A DNA stretch of 55,279 nt from Octopus bimaculoides (taxonomy: Eukaryota): contig NC_068981.1 of assembly GCF_001194135.2 (NCBI RefSeq), positions 96,228,820 through 96,284,098 of the forward strand. The letters run 5' to 3'. Positions 47,136 to 55,279 of this stretch are shown in pieces; within the stretch, counting starts at the first letter, position 1, and each line of letters starts with the position of its first letter. Below the pieces are notes generated by a model. The model worked only from the letters and a program-made list of their open reading frames with translations. It made no database searches and was not told the origin of the DNA. A program made the translations under genes and the position numbers.

Positions 47136-49479
47136 AGAAATTTTGTTCTGTACTTTTCCAGGTGTAATAACTTAAGAATATTAACATGCATGCACCTACA
47201 TTTTTCATTGTAATCCACTTTTCTTCCAGGAAATGCAATAAAACTAATAATAATAATAATAATAATAAATATTCTTTTGTTAAAAAATATTTGAATTATT
47301 TTTCTTTGTTGATGATTGAATTAAAATAAGAATTTTATGTTATGCTTTTTTAATTTTCACATATATTTTCTTAAATTCTAAAAAGAAGAAAAAGTTATCT
47401 GGACAGGGTTTTGTTGCATTGGCTAATATTTAAAAAATGCAAAAATAATCAATGCACCCACTGTAAGGCAGGAGGAGCGATTTGCCCTTGTTAGGGCAAA
47501 GTTAGCTTGTTAGTCGAAATTCATGCTACTGTTCTTGTCAACTTGCCTGAAAATAAAATCTGAATCCTGCTACTCTGAAAATCCAATCATATTATTTGAA
47601 AGGGAAAATCTGGTCAATTTACCCTAAGAAATAATAATAATCTAAATTCTGCTACTCTTAATATTGAATTAAAGTTTAAAAGCAAACAAAAGACTTATTA
47701 AAACTTCAGAAGTTCTTACAATTTTGGTCATCATAATGCTTTGCTTTCATTTGTTTAATAAAAATTCCTCCTCGTATAATGATTTTGCTTTCATTTTGTG
47801 ATAGACAAAATACCAGCTTCTAAATCCTGTTTTCTGATTAGGTGAAAATGATTAAACTTTAAACCTCAGTAACATTTTTCTGCAATAAGTAGATATGTAT
47901 GCACGTATATATGTAATATGTCTGTGTGTGAGTGTTTATTTACGATGGACAGTAGAAAAGAGTCCACTTTTATCAATTGTTGTCAAATTATCCCCTTTCT
48001 CCTTAAAGCTACATATTTGTCACACCTTTGTTTCCCTTGATGAGCGTTTTAAAAGTTACTTATGTGTGTGTGTGTGTATTTACAAAGTATGTATGCGACA
48101 TTGCATGTGTATCCCTGAAGTCAGTTTCAGGTGTTATTCTCCCCTTTTTTACCTCACATATTTGAAATCTCAACTTTTTTCCTATTTAACCAAATTTCAA
48201 ATTTTGTAGCTCAAAATGTAGCTTAGGGGGTGGTCAATCTAAAAATGTATAAACATAATCAAATTTGGTAAAAAAAACTGAATTAGTGACAAAGCCTAAG
48301 AGTGGTAGCAAGTGAGTAAATGTTGACCTTAAGAATATGAATATGAGGTAGATCTTTGCAAGATACCTAAATACTGAATTGAATCAAACATTTTGCAATA
48401 TTGGTTTCCAATTTTGACAGAAGGCTATCAAATCCAGAGGGGAAGGAAGTTGATTACATCAACCCAGTGCTCAACTGATACTCATTTTAAGGAGTTCTGA
48501 AAAGATAAAAGGAACAGACAACCTTAATGGAATTTGAATTCAGAATGTAGAGACGGACAAAATGCTGTGAAGCTTTCATCCTGCATATTAACAATTCTGG
48601 CAGCTCGTCGTCTTAGTACTGTAATAAGTAATAATATTATTTGAAAATTGTTTAATGTACTTTTGGCATGTTTAGCTTATATAATACCTTTTTCATTTTT
48701 AATATTTTTTGAAAAGATTAGCACCATGACACTCATCTTGATGAGTTCCATCATATGAGCTAAACAGAAACAAAATTTTTACACAGAAACAAAATGTTTA
48801 GGTTTTGAATTTGCTTTTAGGCGTTACCAGTTTTCGGCACATTTGGCCCCAGTAGTTTTCTATTTTAATTTTTGAGTGTGGTCAATGCCAGTGCCACCTG
48901 ATTGGCCCCCATACTGGTGGCACACAACAAGCACCCACTACACACTAGGAGTGGTTGGCATTAGGAAGGGCATCCAGCTGTAGAAACCTTGCCAGATCAG
49001 ATTGGAGCCTGGTGCAGCCTCCTGGCTTGCCAGTCCTCAGTCAAACTGTACAACCCATGCCAGCATGGAAAGGAGACGTTAAATGATGATATATATATAT
49101 ATATATATATATATACACGAATATGTGTGACTATGTGATTTAATGGAGGTTTTTGTTTTGCTTCAGTATTTTAAGATATTAAATAAAAAGTACATTATGA
49201 TGTCATTGTGTATAAGTCATGTATTGTGATTAAATAAATTACTTAAAATAACTTTGTTTAATTACATGAACTATTATTTATGGTATTTGAATGAAAGGTG
49301 ACATTTTTAACAAAACATTAATTTCTATTTGCCCTGAAATAGAAGTTTGATGAAGACATACTGTCTAAACACATGGCATAGACAATATGGAGGGAAACTT
49401 TCAGTCAATAAGCAAATGAAAGAGCCTTTTAGTTTTACCCCGTATGTAAGAAATAGTAGCCAAATTTCCCTTATATCAC

Positions 49480-49871
49480 ACCTATAGGTGCAAGTGTAGC
49501 TATGTAGTAAGAAGTTTGCTTCCCAACCATATAGTTCTGATTTCAACCCCACAGTATTGCACCTTGGGCAGGTATTTTCTACTATAGCTCCAGGCTGATC
49601 AAAGGCCTGTGAGTGGATTTGGTAGACAGAAATTAAAAGAATGCCATTATGTGCGCACGCATGTGTGTGTGGGGGGTGCATGTATGTTGGTGTGTGTGTG
49701 TGTATACATACATGGTGTAGCTGTCTGGTAAGAAACTTGCTTCCCAATCACATGGTTCCAGGTTCAGTCCCACTGCATGGCACCTTGAGGAAGTGTCTTC
49801 TAATATAGCCTTGGGCTGACCAAAGTCTTGCGAATGGACTTGGTTGACGGAAACTGAAAGAAGTCTGCCGT

Positions 49872-49902
<31 letters not shown>

Positions 49903-50100
49903 TTATGTGTGTGTGTTTGTGTCTGTATTTGTCTCCCCACTGCCACCGTGGCTTGACAGCCAATGTTGGTGTGTTTACGTCCCTCTAATTTAGCAGTTCA
50001 GCAGAAGAAACCGATAGAATAAGTCCAGGGGTCAATTTCTCTGACTAAAAGGCAATGCTTCAGCATGGCCACAGTCACATGACTGAAACAAGTAAAAAAA
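49480..50100 (+). mobile_element. Two SINE family-A copies: an old 5' half followed by a complete copy starting in its microsatellite
   Basis: Heads at ~49485 and ~49712, single tail GACTGAAACAAGTAAAA at ~50095. Confidence 0.75.
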
Positions 50101-50180
50101 CAAAAGAATATATATATATATATCATCAGTAAATAATAAATCAGAAAAAGAAGCACACTCTTAGTTATAGAGCAGCAGAG

Positions 50181-50506
50181 TATATAGATCGATATGGCCA
50201 GTCTATGGGGTTACCTAGGGTTTCATGCCCATAAAGTGCTTGGCTTTACAGTGTTGTACTTTGCACTTCAGAAAACTCCTGCTGATGTCCTGAGACCCAC
50301 AAGCCAACAGGGTCAATTACAGATAACAGTCAAATGGAAACATTCCTTTGTAGCTGACAAATAGTAACAAAGTCTTTTGCTCCTTCATTTTCTAGAGAGA
50401 CAATAGGCCAATGGGTCTAGGGTCTGAACAGATACTGTAAGGCTAAGTGCTTTATGGATGTGAAACCTCAGGTACCCCCATAGATCAGCCATATCTGTCT
50501 TTATAT
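50181..50506. repeat. Palindromic MITE-like element, older copy
   Basis: GATATGGC...CTATGGGG...CCATAAAG...TTACAGT at 50181-50260 versus its reverse complement at 50425-50506. Confidence 0.6.
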
Positions 50507-50564
50507 TTCATCATCATCGTCATTGTTTAACGGCCGTCATTTATTGAGTTCAAACGCCAGACAG

Positions 50565-52400
50565 CGTTTTGAACCCAATAAATGAATTCAGTTATAACCC
50601 AGGGGAGAGTATAACTTTTGCATCATACAACAGAAAGTATGAGGAGATTTTTAAGTAAGATTACACATCATAGTCAGACAAACAAAAAGTGAGATTGTTA
50701 TTGCAAAAATTAGCTCTGTTAGAGCATGAATGTTACTGTAATTTCACATTGCCCCAAAAAACCCAATGAAATTTGTTTTAAAGAAACAATAGAATTACTG
50801 TCTAACATAAGTTTAAACTCAAAGAACTTACACCTGAGATGTTCAAGTGTCTTATTTTCATACAAGGTCTTACAGCAAGCGAAGATACAGAAATTTAGGC
50901 AAGAATTCTTTCTAAGTTGGAACAAGCGAACCAAGACCTAACCTTACTGTCCATGGCAGAAGAATGCCAAAGGATGGTAAATCTGAAACATGATGTAAAA
51001 AAAATTCAAGAAAAGGATTCTTCAAAAATACAAATATGTTGACCAGAAAAGTACAATAAAAAAAGAGTGCCATGTTCTAATCTACGTTATGTATGTTGGG
51101 GCATACATTTCAGAAAAGATTGTCCATTTAAAAATCAAAAATGTTACAGTTGCAAAAGAATTGGTCACAAGAGTTCAAACTACAGAACAAAATTATGAAG
51201 GTCAAATGTTAAAAATCCTAGAGTGCTCTCAGCAGAAACAAAAACGGATTCCCAAATAAGAGAATTTGTACATGTAAAAATAAATGGAATACATATTAAA
51301 CTTCAATTGGATACTGGAAGTGATATTTCAATAATGAATATGGACACATGGAAGAAAATAGGAAAACTTATGTTGAGAGAAACAGTGAAATATGCTCGTA
51401 GCGTGGCAGGTGACAAAATACATTTCATATGTGAAATGTGGACTAATGTCACATTTCAAGGGAAAACATGCAAGGTGAAAGTTTTTGTCATTAAAAATGC
51501 AACTGATCTATTTGGTACTGATTGGTTAGAATTATTCGATTTATGGGATCTCCCCATAAATCTCTATTGTAAAAACATAAATGGTTATCCCTCTAAAAAT
51601 AATTTGTCTGAAGAGTTAAAGAGAAAATTCTTAAAAGTGTTTCCACAAGTACTCTTGGACAAACTAGGCCTATGAACAAAGAGTGAAAGCCCATGTCCAG
51701 GATGCATATCGACTACACTGGACCAGATAGTGCATGCTATCTAATCATTGTGAGTAGCTATACAAAGTGGTCAGAGGTATGTGGATGTAATAAACCCACA
51801 GCAAAGACAACAATAAATTTCCTACTCGAGTTATTTGCTCGATACGGTGTTCCAGACACATTAGTTTCAGATAATGGAACACAACTCACAGGATATGAAT
51901 GTAGAAATTTCTGCAAAATACATGCCATAAAGCACACCTTTATTCCGCCCTACCACCTGAGGTCAAATGGGCAGGCAGAAAGATTTGTTAGCACATTCAA
52001 AAGAGTTCTAAGAAAAGCTAGAAACAAGCTAGATAATGATGCAACACTAACAAAATTTTTGAGAGTATATAGAATAAGGCCAAATCCAAATACTAATTCA
52101 GGAAAGTCAGCAGCAGAGTTAATGTTCGCTGGTAAAATAAAATCAATCATCGATAAATTATTATCAGGAAAAAATACATGTAAAGGAAAGACAAAAAATA
52201 CATTTGATAGAAATACAAGAAATATTATAAAACATTTCAAAGGATAAGATAAAGTTCATTTTAAAAATTACAAAAATGGTAAAGAAGGTTGGGAGGATGG
52301 CTGTGTAATCAAAAGATTAAGTAACATGGTGTATTTAATTAAAGGACAACATTTGGAACATAAGAGACACCTTAACCAGTTAAAGATGTATCATGAAAGG
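50565..52400 (+). mobile_element. Ty3/Gypsy relic (K02A2.6-like): gag, protease and integrase with RT/RNaseH deleted
   Basis: CYVC..H/CYSC..GH knuckles, LQLDTGSDISI protease, MHIDYTGP...VSDNGTQL...PPYHLRSNGQAERFV integrase starting ~25 nt after the protease ORF ends. Confidence 0.88.
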
Positions 52401-52404
52401 CTTG

Positions 52405-52565
52405 ACTGAAGACCTAACCTTCCAAGTTCTTTTACAGGGCTTAGAAAAACTGAAGGACCACTGTAGTAAGTGTGTGAATCTGAGAGCAGAATATGCTGAA
52501 TAAAATCATAAATAACTGATCCTCCTCTTTTACCCAAAGCGAGGAAGTTTTCACCGCCCCCGTCA
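52405..52565 (+). mobile_element. Mariner 3' end fragment
   Basis: LQGLEKLKDHCSKCVNLRAEYAE* followed by a TIR-like GAAGTTTTCACCGCCCCCGT end. Confidence 0.5.
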
Positions 52566-52579
52566 TGTATATATATACA

Positions 52580-52612
<33 letters not shown>

Positions 52613-52766
52613 TNNNNNNNNNNNNNNNNNNNNNNNNNNNNNNNNNNNNNNNNNNNNNNNNNNNNNNNNNNNNNNNNNNNNNNNNNNNNNNNNNNNNNNN
52701 NNNNNNNNNNNNNNNNNNNNNNNNNNNNNNNNNNNNNNNNTATATATATATTACTAGTGAAGGCAT

Positions 52767-52959
52767 GTTTATAGGGTTGCCCTGGGTTCTCACCATAAAG
52801 GGTACCTTTATGGCATATCTTCAGACCCTAAAACCTGTTGACCTATGGCTTCTTAAAAATCTTTTTTTTAAAGAGGCCATAGGCCAACAGGTCTCAGGGT
52901 CTGAAGATACACCATAAAGGTACTCTTTATGGCAAGAAACCCAGGGCAACCCTATAAAC
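52767..52959. repeat. 193-bp near-perfect palindrome (foldback MITE), same family as 50181-50506
   Basis: ~92-nt arms with about 10 differences; each arm holds a nested CCATAAAG-N5-CTTTATGG inverted repeat. Confidence 0.85.
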
Positions 52960-53258
52960 CGGTACATACCCTACACCTACACCAGCTAAAATAATCTAAT
53001 TTATTTTTATGTTTTAGTTATAGATTTTATGCAAATACTTCAAAATAGTAATTGTTATTTAGGACAAGGCATTTGTAGCTCTGAAATGTTTGTTTCCTTT
53101 ATGCAAAACCTGCCAATGGAATGTGTATGGGTGAAAGTATATGTATGAGTATGTGAGTAGGTTTTTATAAACTTGAATGAAAGAAAGGAATGTACATATT
53201 TGTGGAATATGTGTGAACATGAAGTAAATGTATACATGTGTATGTATGTATGCATGTA

Positions 53259-53297
<39 letters not shown>

Positions 53298-53324
53298 ATA
53301 TGTATATGTATATATATCTGTTTC

Positions 53325-53700
53325 CAGAGAGCTGCTCACTCATCTAAGATTTGTTGATGACATAGTGCTGATAGTGGAGAGCACCAATTAGCTGCAGACC
53401 ATGCTGGATGAATTGAATTTCAGGGGTTCAGTGGTCAGCCTGAAGATCAACTGTGCAAAAACCAAGTATATACAGTCTGAGAATGTACCGATTGGTCACT
53501 TAACAGATGGAGGTGATGAAATAGAAGAGATGAGCAGCTATGTGTATCTCGGTCAAGAAGTGACTATGAAGCGAGAGATGGAGAATGAGATCTTTCAAAG
53601 GGTAAGAGCAGGATGGAGAGCATTCAACTTGGTGAAGAATGCGCTGAAATTTTTCGGTAAACTTGGGAAGTCTACTACAGAGACATTGAGCATGCTTTGA
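53325..53700 (+). mobile_element. RTE-1-type LINE RT fragment (third RTE family)
   Basis: LTHLRFVDDIVL, LKINCAKTK, YVYLGQEV, EIFQRVRAGWRAF. Confidence 0.75.
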
Positions 53701-53714
53701 CAAGCTTACAGCAA

Positions 53715-54285
53715 CAAGGCAGTGAGTGGTCTGGAAGACCTGCTACGTGCGTCTCCCTCAGAAATGTGGTATTGTGCATGGAGAATTTGTTCCCCAGGTG
53801 CAGACCTTCAATTGAGAGTTCTACTGCGACATTTTGAAGCATTTGAGGAGGACATTCAGCAAAAACAACTGAATCTGTGGAGTATGAAGAATTGGATTTT
53901 TCAGATTGACGGTGCAGCCTGTCAACAAGCTCTCTTCACTCATAACTTTCTCACCAAAAACATGGTATCACTTTTGCACCTGCTCCATTCACCAGATAGA
54001 TTTAGCACCTGTAGACTTGCATCTCTTCCCCTTGATAAAAATGCAGCTCAAAGGTCACCGTTTTAACACTTTTGTTGAAATCAAGAGCAAATCACAGGCG
54101 GTCCTCAACTCACATACAGAAAACGATTTCCCGATTGGATTCCAAAAGTGGCAGGAATTCTGAGACTGGTGCCTTGCTGTGCAAAGTGACTATTTCAAAG
54201 GAGATGATGTTAAAACTTAGGTAAATAAGTTATTTTTTTATTAAACATAACTAGTCCAGGAACCTTTTGACACCACCACTTATAT
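53715..54285 (+). mobile_element. Mariner transposase 3' fragment
   Basis: WIFQIDGAACQ, HSPD/LAPVDLHLFPLIKMQLKGHRF, FQKWQE; TIR-like end near 54255-54280. Confidence 0.75.
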
Positions 54286-54752
54286 ATACATACATATATA
54301 TATAAAAAACTTTTGAACTTTTGAACTTTTCCACTTATGTAAACCTCCTTTATTACCTTTATCATCTTTTATTTTTTCCNNNNNNNNNNNNNNNNNNNNN
54401 NNNNNNNNNNNNNNNNNNNNNNNNNNNNNNNNNNNNNNNNNNNNNNNNNNNNNNNNNNNNNNNNNNNNNNNNNNNNNNNNNNNNNNNNNNNNNNNNNNNN
54501 NNNNNNNNNNNNNNNNNNNNNNNNNNNNNNNNNNNNNNNNNNNNNNNNNNNNNNNNNNNNNNNNNNNNNNNNNNNNNNNNNNNNNNNNNNNNNNNNNNNN
54601 NNNNNNNNNNNNNNNNNNNNNNNNNNNNNNNNNNNNNNNNNNNNNNNNNNNNNNNNNNNNNNNNNNNNNNNNNNNNNNNNNNNNNNNNNNNNNNNNNNNN
54701 NNNNNNNNNNNNNNNNNNNNNNNNNNNNNNNNNNNNNNNNNNNNNNNNCATC

Positions 54753-55279
54753 ATGCCTGACTACAAATCTTTCCAACTCACTCTCCACAACCGCCTAAAA
54801 CTATACCTCCTCACACTTCCCTCTCAATACTTTCAACCTACTATACGACTCTCCTTACTCATATTCAAGAAGACTCATTTCTCTAGTCATATTACATTTC
54901 TCAGTCGCTGCTTACATCACCGCCTCATCCCTAAGGATTTCCGCCTCCATTTCCACCCCACTCTCCACTCTTCTACCACCATTCTACCCATACACCGCAC
55001 TACATCCTACCGCCTTATGCGTGCCACCATTCGCTCTAATCTCTCTAAAATCCACACTATCGACCGCCTTCTTCCTCCAGCCTTTTCCATATTTTTCTCC
55101 TCTCTGTCACCCTCCCATGCTCACAACACATTGCGCTTTATCATTCAACTTAATCATCTCTTTCATGCATTTCTTACCGACACTAAGCTTCACAAACTTC
55201 ACTCACTCCTCCATTCCTCCACACCCGATGCCACTACCCCAACCCCTCCACCACCCTTCTCCCTCCCTGATATGCTTCC
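54753..55279 (+). mobile_element. Uninterrupted ORF running off the window; probable N-terminus of a Penelope-like RT (not in ORF track)
   Basis: 175 stop-free codons from ATG 54753: MPDYKSFQL...THFSSHITFLSRCLHHRLIPKDFRLHFHP...; HxxFLxxCxxxxxIPK motif recalled from PLE N-termini; strongly C/T-rich sense strand. Confidence 0.55.

Noticed and set aside
52767-52959. Apparent bias to G-U-compatible mismatches suggesting RNA-structure selection
   Set aside because: Several differences are CA versus TG pairs, the signature of CpG deamination on opposite strands, which needs no selection.

Overview
AT-rich, microsatellite-laden animal genomic DNA with five N gaps. The SINE/LINE repertoire points to a coleoid cephalopod, most likely Octopus (inferred from recalled repeat families, not database-checked). 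One host gene can be fully reconstructed: an ADF/cofilin on the + strand with a TATA box at 18692, a probable 5'UTR intron, and CDS join(19086..19378,34630..34786) = 149 aa across a 15.25-kb phase-2 intron. A probable first exon and NRF1-type promoter of a second, minus-strand gene lie at the left edge. The rest is mostly decayed mobile DNA: Tc1, mariner, hAT, piggyBac-like and Tc1/pogo MITEs, at least three RTE LINE families, an old CR1/Jockey-like LINE, three Penelope-like pieces, two Ty3/Gypsy relics and several tRNA-derived SINE families. The most interesting signal is a cassette at the 3' end of a Penelope-like element (8282->8093, minus strand): a 73-nt tRNA-like Pol III promoter, (AAT)n, then a minimal hammerhead ribozyme, inactivated in this copy by two CpG-type changes. 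Other notable structures are a perfect 60-bp nested palindrome, a multi-level nested insertion whose removal restores the host LINE reading frame, and long inverted repeats inside the cofilin intron. All alignments and folds were done by eye.
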